A stretch of DNA of 64,000 nt from NCBI GenBank assembly GCA_973895155.1, contig OZ316893.1, positions 25,595,520 to 25,659,519 on the forward strand, given 5' to 3'. Below are positions 26,302 through 36,825 of this stretch, piece by piece. Every line of letters starts with the position of its first letter. Position 1 is the stretch's first letter. The stretch comes from Marsupella aquatica (taxonomy: Eukaryota > Plantae > Marchantiophyta). Under the pieces are notes generated by a model. The model was not told the DNA's origin. It worked only from the letters and a program-made list of their open reading frames with translations, and did not search any database. Both the position numbers and the translations under genes were made by a program.

Positions 26302-26681
26302 GTACCCTGCACAAAACCTGATAATTGCACAGCAAAGTACAAACCAGACAGTACCCTGCACAAAACCTGATAATTGCACAGCAAAGTACAAACCAGAAAT
26401 CCTGATAAGGCTCTAAGTTCAGCACCTTTCCATATGAATGATTGTATGAAGACCCATTCAGTGAGTAAATTTGTATTATTTATTGCATTTTTGTTGTTGG
26501 GCAGTAAGTGAGACCAGGTGCCCTGACTCATAGTTGCAAGCTTGTGTTTGAATTCTTAATGTAGAGTGATCAGTAGATAATTATACTCAGGAGTGGTTTG
26601 TAACTTTGAAGAGAGAACATTGCACAGATAGTGCTTTTCCTTGTTCCCTAAAGGTTTCATCTGAGTTTAGAGCTTAGGGTT

Positions 26682-26806
26682 TATTTTATTTATAACAATT
26701 TAAGGGGAAATCTGTGGGGTTAAGGATCAGTCAGTCACAACTTTTGAACCCAAGACCTATGAGTCACTACTTAAGTGAGCTACCACACAGCCATGCCTCT
26801 CTGGGC
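26682..26806 (-). mobile_element. tRNA-derived SINE copy
   Basis: The - strand begins GCCCAGAGAGGCATGGCTGTGTGG (A-box-like) and has GGTTCAAA (B-box-like) and an A-rich tail. Flanked by TTAGGGTT direct repeats. Head shared with the copy at 33438-33567. Confidence 0.55.
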
Positions 26807-26841
26807 ATTTAGGGTTACTTTAGGGTTTAATCAAAATGGTC

Positions 26842-26946
26842 CCTCTCGTGCCTTCCAAAACCAAAGCTCAGATTAAACCACAATATATGTTTGATCTGAG
26901 CTTTGATTGTGATTTAATCTGAGCTTATTTTGGAAGGCACAAGAGG
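26842..26946. repeat. 105-bp hairpin or tiny MITE
   Basis: CCTCTCGTGCCTTCCAAAA..AAGCTCAGATTAAACCACAAT pairs with ATTGTGATTTAATCTGAGCTT..TTTTGGAAGGCACAAGAGG. Confidence 0.75.
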
Positions 26947-27417
26947 CGGCAGTCATTAGAAGGAAAAGTGCAAACGACTAGGATCCTTCAGGCAAAATGA
27001 AGCATTGGGGAGATCTGGAGGAACTGGGAAGTGATCAAGCAAAGTCATCAGACTACTAGCTTGGATGCCCGAGCTTTACTCATAAATAGATGGTGCTTAT
27101 TTTCAGGTCCACTCCCAGCCTAAGTTGTGCCCCATAGTCATGAACATTTCAGAAAATAAAAGTATTTGAGGCTACTGTATCATGGTCTGCACTCTAGACT
27201 GTATGCCCTTTATACTAGCTTTGGATTGCGCATGACTATTTGTGGAACAAGGCCAGAGGGATATGATACAAAGAGAAATCAGTAAACAATCGAGGCCATT
27301 TGGCCAGATCTAGGAAGAAATGACTATCCATGTTCCCAGCTGACCTACATATATCCTTGATAGTAGGCACTCCCCCAGAAGATAAGAAGTAAGGAGAAAA
27401 ATTGCTGATGCAACTGC

Positions 27418-28428
27418 AGTCAATTAACAAAGGCTGACCTCAACGTCCAGACTTCTCAGTAAGTTTACCCTAATCATGCATTATGTACTCATGTGTATAA
27501 GTAAGCTTTACCATGCTAAGGGAACGAGGCAATAAACAAGGGCTGACCTTACATCCTCTCAATATCCAGCCTTATCAGTACTTTCACCGTGTGATGTATT
27601 ATTCTATGTCCGTAAGTAAGCCTTACAGTAGCAAGGGATGAGCCAATTAACAAAATCTAGCATGACCTCCTCTCCACGTCCAAAACTTGTCAGTACGTCT
27701 ACTGTAAGAATGCATCATTTACGTGTGCAAAGAAGCCTTACAGTAGTCAAGACCGAGTCAATTAACAAAGGCTCCTGGACCTGACCTCCTCTCGATGTCC
27801 AGAGTCCAGACTTATCAGTTAGCATAATCATACATTTGTTATTCACGTGTGTAAGTAAGCTTTACAGTAGTAAGGGACAAGTCATTAACCAAGGCTGACC
27901 TTACCTCCTCTCAACGGCCAGAGTCAGTACGTTTACCGTGCAAGCATACATTATTCATGTGTGCAAGTAAGCATTACAGTAGCAACCCACGAGTCAATTA
28001 AAGAAAGGCTGACCTGACCGCCTCTCAACGTCCAGACTTATCAGTACGTTACCGTAATCATGCATTATTTCTCCACGACTGTACGTAAGCTTTACAGCAG
28101 TAACTAGTAAGGGACGAGTCATTAACAATGGCTAACCTAACCTCCTCTCAATGTCCAGACTCAGTACGTTTACCATGTAATCCTGCATTATTCATGAGCG
28201 TAAGTAAGCCTTACATTAGTAAGGAACGAGTCAATCAACAAATGCTGACCTTACCTCCTCTCGACGTCCAGACTCAGTTCGTTTACCGTGTAAGCAGCAT
28301 TGTTCATGTGTGTAAGTAAGCCTTACAGTAGCAACCCACGATTCTTAACAAAGGCTTACCGTCCAGACTTACCAGTACGGTTACTGTAATCATGCATCAT
28401 TCACGTTTGTATGTAAGCCTTACAGTAA
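27418..28428. repeat. Minisatellite or satellite array, about 115 bp x 9, diverged units
   Basis: Consensus approximately CAATTAACAAAGGCTGACCTTACCTCCTCTCAACGTCCAGACTTATCAGTACGTTTACCGT..ATGCATTATTCATGTGTGTAAGTAAGCCTTACAGTAG..GGGACGAGT. Confidence 0.9.
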
Positions 28429-28981
28429 GTGACGACCGATTGGGCCGGTTGCTTGACTTCGGAGTTCGGATAGAGCCTCTCCCAGTCTCCCAAACGACAC
28501 CAACGTGCTCATCAGTCTCACGAATGCTGCGGAACGTGTGAATGTGAATGGCGATGGAGGTTGAACGGATCGAGGTTCATAATGGAATTCGGTACCCAAA
28601 GCAAACAAAATAACGGGCAAAATAATCTAATAATCTTCCTTCGTCTAAACTTCTGTGCCGCGCACGGTATTTTCATAATGGCAACAGTCTCAAAATGGTT
28701 CATGATTACAAAAATTGATTGAACAACATTCATTCGGACCGTGTCTACGGAATCATCAATAGTGAGTCTAGAATATAGGACTTGGGCAGATCTCGACGCA
28801 GCGACGCTCCTAGAATCCTCCTCTTTTGTTATCGTGCTTTGGTTTCCGGGACTTACAAAGCGGTACGTACAGTTGGTGGAGAGTTCTGTCAGCTGAGTTG
28901 ATGTGAGTTTTAAATCGATGAATTGGTGGAGACTTTCGGCACTTGCCTTGCGGTAATGTCGAGGAGAGCAGATATCGGAGT

Positions 28982-29063
28982 GGTAAACCAGCTCCCTGTT
29001 CGCGCACTTTTTAATTGTCTCCGGTAAACCAGCTCCCTGTTCGCGCACTTTTTAATTGTCTCC
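28982..29063. repeat. Perfect 41-bp tandem duplication
   Basis: GGTAAACCAGCTCCCTGTTCGCGCACTTTTTAATTGTCTCC x2. Confidence 0.95.
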
Positions 29064-29481
29064 AAGGAACGAAACGAGTCAAATCAGAATGAAACGAATG
29101 AAACCACGAGTGCATGTTACTTGTCAGCTCTTTGCAATCTTGAATTCGAATGAGTGGTATCTACAAAACAATAAACTTAAGTACTTCTCGTACAAAATCT
29201 CGGAAACATTAATGTGGAGGGGCTGCCTCTGACGCCATATCGTGAAAGTCGTGCACTACTCATCAAAATTGAAACCTGCTACGTTGGGTATGCACTGCGA
29301 GAGTCGGATTCGGTCGGGACTACAGTGGCAAAATGATGATACTGAACCTCGACGGTGTACAAGTGCGTAACGACAATGACAGCTTGCTCGTTGACTCGTG
29401 GCAACTTCGGACGAGACGGTACGCCTCTCCTATAGCTCAGAGATAGGGTGGGGTCTGTGTAGTCCAGAATCCGCCAATCCG

Positions 29482-29721
29482 GACTCGATCGAGACGATCC
29501 ATCCGATGCATAATTATTTGTCTGTAGAAGGCAGCCCCTCCGCTGGACGTACTTTTCTTGGCATCCTTCGCCGGCCGGTTGTGCAGAATACTTGTATCGC
29601 TGACTCGATCGAGACGATCCATCCGATGCATAATTATTTGTGTACAAGGCAGCCCCTCCGCTGGACGTACGTTTCTTGGCATCCTTCGCCGGCCGGTTGT
29701 GCAGAATACTTCTATCGCTGG
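29482..29721. repeat. Near-perfect 120-bp tandem duplication
   Basis: GACTCGATCGAGACGATCCATCCGATGC...GTTGTGCAGAATACTT starts at 29482 and 29602. Confidence 0.92.
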
Positions 29722-30718
29722 ACGAATCAGAGTTGCTCTCAACGAGATTGAGAACGAGATTGGAACCACTGAACAATCGGCTTCGCGGTTCTTCTTGGCT
29801 TCTCAGAAGCCGATTACACAGTATGATAAATCATCATGGTCGACAGTAAGTCATTTCATTACTGTCTTGTAAGCACCTACACATGAAGCAAACAGCGAGC
29901 TGTTTTGATGTCTGCGTTTTTCAAAGACAATCTATCGCTACAATTAACTCACACGTTCTAGACATCGCTAGAGTACTAACGCTTTGCCACAAACTACATC
30001 GACAGAAACTGGCCATTGCCCCACCGTCGTCGCTCCACGCGGAGGACATGTGATTTTGGTTAATGAAGAGACTAAATCAAAACTGATACAGCATATTCCA
30101 AGCTACGCACGACTACAGACTGCAGTGAAACTGTGCTGGCACGATCGATTTTGCACCGGGATGCCTGATACGGCGCATCCGTCCACTGGATCGAAGCGAA
30201 ACGCATGTGAAGGAGATAGATATGCGTTATTTGAGGCAGTAATGCCTGGACTCAGTAAAGTTGTTGAGAATCCGCCATACATTGGACTTTCCTCGAATCT
30301 TTTTCAGGTAAGGCGGTCCTATCAATGAGAGCTTCTGAACGACGAAAAAGTCTCATCATGGCTTCCATCGGGCTCTGCAGGAGTCGTTATTCGGAACGAT
30401 TAAATCTGCAGAACTGTCACCCCCGAGACTAGAACTGGCAGTTAACAGTCTAGGCTCTAGCACTTGCCTCTCATAAACTGGACGTCCGACCAAAAAAATA
30501 ATTTCATGAATTCTTCTTTCGGAAGAATTGCGGGAAGAATTGAACCTGCTTGAGCACCATACCGCCTGACATAAACTGCCAGTGAACAGCCGAATCTCTT
30601 GTCTCGCCTCGTGCATGCCAAGAAGATATCATCGAGGCCAAATCCGAGTGGATAGTGGCGAGGCACGACTCTAATTGATGAAATGGTGAAGTCATCGCCT
30701 GCACACCACTGTAGGCCA

Positions 30719-31204
30719 TCACGAATGTGATGCCGACGGAAGAAGTGTACTCCACGGTAGATCAGGCAATCCAGAGGGCTGGCTCCATTTCGAGAGATTG
30801 AAGTATGCCCCTTGGTTGGTGAAGTCTACAGACACAGGAGAACAACCACCCCCAAGAGAGCACTGCACTGTTACCTGAACAAAATCCCTCGCCACAAATC
30901 CAAGTTTGAAGTCACAAAAAATTGCATCCTGCGCTGTCAAGTTTCCACTAATGATAGCAGTGCTACTGCAACCACTACATGATGGAGAAGATGCCCCCGT
31001 CAAGAAACCTTTCGGTTTGATTGAGACGTCGTTCAGCATACAGTCCATCGAGACAACAGCGCCTACGTCCATCCGGTTCGTGACGGTCACGTCCACGTGC
31101 ATAGACACCTGTGCTTCCACAACAAAACCTCTCGGCGGCATACCAAGAAGCACAATTACCAAGCCAAGCATTAGTGACTGATGAAATAGAGTACGATGTC
31201 CCAT
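30719..31204 (-). CDS. Small secreted cysteine-rich protein (161 aa), possibly S-protein homologue (SPH / plant self-incompatibility S1)-like
   Basis: ATG start; hydrophobic signal peptide LMLGLVIVLLG with likely cleavage VEA|Q; VTVTNRM...VSMDC...AIFCDF pattern resembling SPH V.I.N.L...vhC...F.C.F; 6 Cys; intronless. Confidence 0.65.
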   Translation of the reverse strand: MGHRTLFHQSLMLGLVIVLLGMPPRGFVVEAQVSMHVDVTVTNRMDVGAVVSMDCMLNDVSIKPKGFLTGASSPSCSGCSSTAIISGNLTAQDAIFCDFKLGFVARDFVQVTVQCSLGGGCSPVSVDFTNQGAYFNLSKWSQPSGLPDLPWSTLLPSASHS

Positions 31205-32455
31205 CTTGGTCTTCGTTATTGTCCTCGTCCTGAATTTCTTCGCAGCCCCAAATCCAATCTCCTACTACATTCTCGAGTACATTAAAATATCCTCGAGCTC
31301 CTCATGTGTTTCTGCCCAAGTTCTCTCCAAGTTCTGTCCAATTTCGAGTCGTTCAAAAGTCTAACTGGAATACAAAGTTGGCGAGCTCATCACAAGCAAT
31401 TGTTTTGTTCCAATGAATTGGACGTCTGCACCGAGGAGTGCTGAATGGTGAGGTGCTGATAAGTACGATCAAGTGAAAACTAAAACCGACAGCAGCGATT
31501 CGCGAAAAACGAGCCACCAAACTCGTCACTTGGAAAAGCTCATCACGAAAGAGCTTCGGTATCAAAACTGTCTCAGGTCCCTCTCCCTGAGAAATTACAA
31601 TCGATAGGCAATAACAGACAAGTACCTCTTGACATTCATTATGATAGACTAAGGCACGTGACCGAGCTCAATAAGTGACGCGCCCCCGTGATATAGCCAT
31701 AGTACCGCTTCAGTACTACGGTTTACCACAAGGATCGGACAGCTTCACTGTACGAAATATATGCCTTCGACCTTCAGCGGAACTATTCCCTCCAGAAAGT
31801 TTTTCGTCCACGACCGAATCTAGCACTGACTCACAGAGAATCACATCCCTCGACAAAGATTCGGGCAATAGTTAGCCAGAGTCTTCCATTGTGGATTTCC
31901 TCCAGCCGGCTCGTCACTACTGTGCCGTATCATTCCCACATCACAGTGTCCAAAAACTTCGTGCGCATCTATCCATCACAAAATAATCAAGTTCTTGATT
32001 CGAGATTCCATCTTCCAACAGAGAGTCTCGATCCAGACAACGAGACAATTATTTCAGTAGATACACATTATGGGACGTACGCGATGAAGTAGGAGAGAGG
32101 AAATGGGAAAATGGCAAGAAAGAGATGGCAATGTGATGATCCTCTGGGCAGGATTTATTGTTTCAACTGCAAAACGTATCATCGATGAAAGAGCTCCGAA
32201 AAACAGCATGAAACATCATCGACGAAAGAGCTTCGAAAAACAGTAGAGTGAATGAAACATCATCGATAAAAGAGCAGCAATCGTGAGGGAAAAGCAACGG
32301 AGAGCGCGAGAGAGGGATCAAGAGCTGTGGGATAATGTGCTGCCGGGCAAGAACGGTGGCAGAGCTTGGAGAAAGATGGCGATGGCGGGAGCGAATTTGC
32401 AGACGTCTCGTTTCATCACTTCCTTGTCGCCTCAATTCGAGGCTTCCAGGTTCTT

Positions 32456-33160
32456 CGGAGGGGCTATATTTGGAGGCGCGAATTTATGTTAGTCCCCGCA
32501 AGGCGTACCCTCTGGCGGAGGGGCTATATTTGGGGCCTATATTTGGATGCCCCATATTCATGGTAGTCCACTAGTCCCCGCAGTGGTGCCTCTTTGTCGG
32601 AGGGGCTATATTTGGAGGGTCATGGTAATTACACATCAAAATAATTGCGTATGATATCATTTTATACCATGATAAAAAACTTAGTGATTTTAGTGAAATC
32701 AAAGAGTGCACACAATATATTATCACTTTTTTATTACCAGAGATATTTGGATGTGCAATATTCTTGTTTAGTCCCTGGAAAATGATGCTCCCATGGACCA
32801 GAGACAAAACACTAATTAGGAATATTCTTTGTCACATTTTTGAGTACAATGCTATCCATCTGAGTTGAAAAATACATGGGAGCATTTTGACAAACCTAGA
32901 CCTCAGGGCTTCATTTTGTTAAGTCCCTGAGTGGAAAGGATATTTGGGGGTGCAATATTTGGATATGCAATATTCTTGTTTAGTCCCTCAGTGGAAAGTA
33001 TATTTGGATATACAATATTCTTGTCTAGTTCATGCGTGGAAACACACCATGCTAGAGTTTATTATTATTTTTAAATCAATGAATGCACACAATATATTAT
33101 CACATTTTGATGTGTAATTATAGGCAGGGATATTTGAAGGTGCAATATTCTTGTTTAGCC
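32456..33160. repeat. Clustered short repeats (GGAGGGGCTATATTTGG; GATATTTGGATGTGCAATATTCTTGTTTAGTCCC) with embedded small MITE fragments
   Basis: Motifs recur about 8 times; they resemble subterminal repeats of a decayed DNA transposon. Confidence 0.55.
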
Positions 33161-33437
33161 CCTACGCAGAAACCTAGCCAGGATGCATCAACATGTTGGG
33201 TACTCTGCTTCCGCGGACCACATTTTGGTGTTTATGAGCCCTAATATAATTATAAGGTTTGCACTTTCAAGTCAACTAGAGAAGGAGATACACAAAAAAA
33301 CACAAGCCTAAATATTTCATGTCAAAACAATGAAAATTAATCTAATGAAATTACCAAAGGGATGCTAGGATGGACCACTCAAGGGGACCTCAAGTACTCC
33401 ATGGACACAACACATCCAAAGTCAAGTACTAACAAAA

Positions 33438-33567
33438 TCCTTTTTTTTTTTAGAGTAAATCTGTCAAACCCCACAAAAAGAGAATAGTTAGTTATAACAT
33501 TTGCACTCTAGATCTATGAGTCTGAACTCAAATGACTAGCACTGACACAACCATGCCTCTCTGGGCA
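33438..33567 (-). mobile_element. tRNA-derived SINE with poly(A) tail and TSD
   Basis: T11 run at 33441-33451 (poly-A on the - strand); head GCCCAGAGAGGCATGG shared with 26682-26806; TSD AAGTACT(A/G)ACAAAA at 33424-33437 and 33568-33581. Confidence 0.7.
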
Positions 33568-33614
33568 AAGTACTGACAAAACTTATGTGGCTGTATCACT
33601 TAGGGTGAATTTGG

Positions 33615-34232
33615 GAGATATATGCTTGATGGGCCCCCTGTGAACCTTTCTTACCTGATGGGCCCCTAGGTAACTTTTTTTACCAAGTAGGACCCTTCTT
33701 AATGACCAGTACACATGTTCTTGTGTGGTGCCTACACCTGTCCTTGTGTGGTGCCTACTATGTATCGTGACTCCAAGCAAACTGCACAGTTGAACTATGC
33801 GGTCGATTTTACATGGTCGACCGAGAAACCATAGAGATTATTCAGGAGAAACCGCGAAAAGTGATTGTCGCTGTCGAAACTGCGATTTGAAGACAATATG
33901 CATTATGTCTTCGGATTCACTGGGTTAATGCCTAAAGACACAATGGATATTGTCTTCAAATCATAGTTTTGACAGCGGCAGTCGCTTTTCGCGGTTTCTC
34001 CCGAATCATCTCCATGGTTTCTCGGTCTACCATGCAAGGTTGACCGCACGGTTCAACTGTGCAGTTTGCTTGAAGTCACCATACATAGTAGGCACCACAC
34101 AAGGACAGGTGTAGGCACCACACAAGAACAGGTGTACTGATCATTAAGACGGGTCCTATTTGGTAAAAAAAGTTACCTAGGGGCCCATCAGGTAAGAAAG
34201 GTTCACCAGGGGACCCATCAAGCATATATCTC
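33615..34232. mobile_element. Foldback (palindromic) MULE-type MITE, 618 bp
   Basis: About 300-bp inverted arms from GAGATATATGCTTGATGGG to CCCATCAAGCATATATCTC around a very short spacer; 10-bp TSD GTGAATTTGG at 33605-33614 and 34233-34242. Confidence 0.9.
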
Positions 34233-34544
34233 GTGAATTTGGATATAATTATGTAAAACTTTCAATCATTAGTACAGTTTTATGACAAGCTTCCCTCAGT
34301 GGTGGTGGGACATGGTCAAAATGTGTCCGTCTACCATAGATCACATGTTGCATCACAATCACTGGATCTGAAAGCGCCACAACGTAGCCCAAAAAAATAG
34401 CACAAACAACACAGTTCACAAAGAAAGCAGCTTGGCTAAATTTCTATTCCACATCCACCTTTACATCAGATACTACAAAAGTTAATTTTCAAATTACTCA
34501 CCCAGTTGACAATCATGGGCTCATTATAACTGTCTCATCAATCA

Positions 34545-35868
34545 AGAACTATAATACAAGGTTGCGCCCTTTTCTACCATGGTCGTCATTCAAATATACA
34601 CTGTCCAAAAAAAAGATTCCAGGAAAAGAGGAAGGAATAAATCAAAGATAAAAAAGTTTAGTGTGAATGAAAGAGACACTCAAAAGAGACAAAGAAAAAG
34701 GGAAATGATTATTAAATAAACTCATGCAAGCACAAGGATCAATGATGATCCCTCTGTTTTCCATCAATGGGTAAGAGTGAACAAGATGTTAATAAAAAAT
34801 GTTCTATTTATCTTAGGCATTTTTTGTAATAATTATCAAAAACTGTAATACACTATGGCACCAATTTATACCATGGTCGCCTTTCAAAATTCCGGGGCAG
34901 TTTTGGTTGAAAAAATCAAAACCAGAAAAAATGGAACCAATAAGACAAAAAAACCGAATTGGAAACTCAAGTCATCACTTGGATTGCAGGGCCACGATGT
35001 CAGCACACGCCGTGGCGACAGCACCAAGCCATAGCAAGTCGCTACCCGCCCTGCCCAGCTCACAGCCACCGATGCTGGCTGGCTCCGCCCTCTGCCTCCA
35101 AGGCCCCCTTTTGCCTCCCCACTTCGCGGCCCCTCCTCTCAACCCCCCATTGCCCTCCTTTAAATTTATCCTTTTTAAAAGATTTAAATTACAAAACAAT
35201 TTTAAAAATCATTCTCATTTTGTGTACTTTGGTGTTGGTTGTAGCCTCTCTTTGTGTCATGACATCTCTCACTTGAAAAATGTTTTTTACGCAATGAGAT
35301 GTTTCTAACAAAGATATCTTTCGCACCAAGATAAATTTTCAACTACATCTTTAGCACAACGTCACCTATTATGCATTGATGTCTTTCGCCAAATGATATC
35401 TTTAGTAAACTACATCTTTTGCACAACATCTTTTGAGCAACCACATATTTTACTTAACGACATTTTTTATTTAATAACACTGTAAAATAATGCAACAATG
35501 TATTTATCCAACATCTTTTGTGCAACGGAGACTTGACAACATATATCACTCATGACATCACTTTACTTATGAATCATTTTGTACTTAACAACATATATCA
35601 CTCACGACATCACTTTACTTATGAACCATTTTGTACTTAACAACATCTTTTTTTTAATGACATCTTGGGCGTAGTGATATCTTTTGTCTCAACGACATCT
35701 TTTTTCTTAAAGACATCTTGGGCAACCCGACATTTTTGGGTGACACGACATCTTTTCTCTTAACGACATCTTGGGCGTCACGACATCTTTTCTCTTGACG
35801 ACATCTTGGGCGTCACGACATTTTTTTCTTCACAACATCTTTTGTGCAACGCACGGGTATTGAGCTCG
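34545..35868 (+). mobile_element. Probable non-autonomous Helitron (3' end supported, 5' end uncertain) containing an ACGACATCTT minisatellite
   Basis: Terminal hairpin GTGCAACGCACGGG followed by CTCG|T (degenerate CTAG|T) at 35843-35869; about 18 bp ACGACATCTTTT repeats at 35300-35845. Confidence 0.5.
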
Positions 35869-36825
35869 TATGAACAAAAATCTTTGACGTTGGATTATTT
35901 AGAAGCTGATTGAAGAAATATTTATAATCCACCATAGCACGCCCAGTTTTGTTCTGGATTAACAGATCAACTCAATATTATCTTGCTGTAGAGAAACATT
36001 GGTTGAGGGATTCGTAGATTTGGAAGAAATCCAACAGCATTTGATTGGATATTGGGAAGCAATGTAGATATGAACATCATCCCTCAATGAAGCAAGAGAA
36101 AAAGTTCATCAAGAAAAAGTTTGGTCGAGAGGTCTGGTGAAGAGGTCCACTGAATACATAAACCTTAGGTGTACCTAGTACACCCCCAGGGAGGTCCGGG
36201 AATAAGGTTTAGCCCCCCACCAGCCGAATGCGCCGGGGGGAGGGGGGCGCTAGCCTCATCGGGATGGGAATCACCCGGGACATGGAGAAAGTAGAGCTCG
36301 AAACTCTATGATGAGCTCACCGTCTATGATGAGCTTACCCGTAAATTGGGTTTCTCAATGCAAGTTGTTCAAGATTTGCAGCTGGTAGATCAGGATATTA
36401 TAAATTTTCCCGGTTGTAGGTTTGTCGACTGACGGGGCGCTAATAGCATCCTCATTGAGAGCTTTACTCAACACACTCTCCACTAGTGATGGGTCCCCTC
36501 ATTTCATTGGTTTTTGTTGATCTCACGCGAATGGCTGTTTCCAATCCTCCACACATCAGTCTTGCATCGTCTGGTTCGTGGATCTCCCCCGAATGTCCAA
36601 TCCTCGGCTAATTGCATCTTCATTCTCGCTTCTGGATCAGTCATTCATCCTCATCTGCAGCTTCATTAGTTCAGCCAGAAGAATTTTGGGTTCCGATGGA
36701 AGATTCTGGCGATTCGCACTTTCTGTGAACAGTCTTCTCTTCATCTTGTCAGTCTTGTCAAAGGCCCGGATCTATGTGACGTCAGTTCCTTCGCTATTAC
36801 CGAGCGCTTCCTATCTAAAGGAAAT

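Noticed and set aside
27418-28428. CRISPR-like array (also considered for 55049-56403)
   Set aside because: Whole units are homologous with no unique spacers, there are no cas genes, and the context is eukaryotic.
28518-29048. 176-aa minus-strand ORF
   Set aside because: GTG start inside a 41-bp duplication, and no recognisable domain.
29984-30328. ORF containing LCWHD, reminiscent of DVL/RTFL peptides
   Set aside because: Non-ATG start, lacks the rest of the motif (R..YIxRRCV.ML), and the match is not C-terminal.
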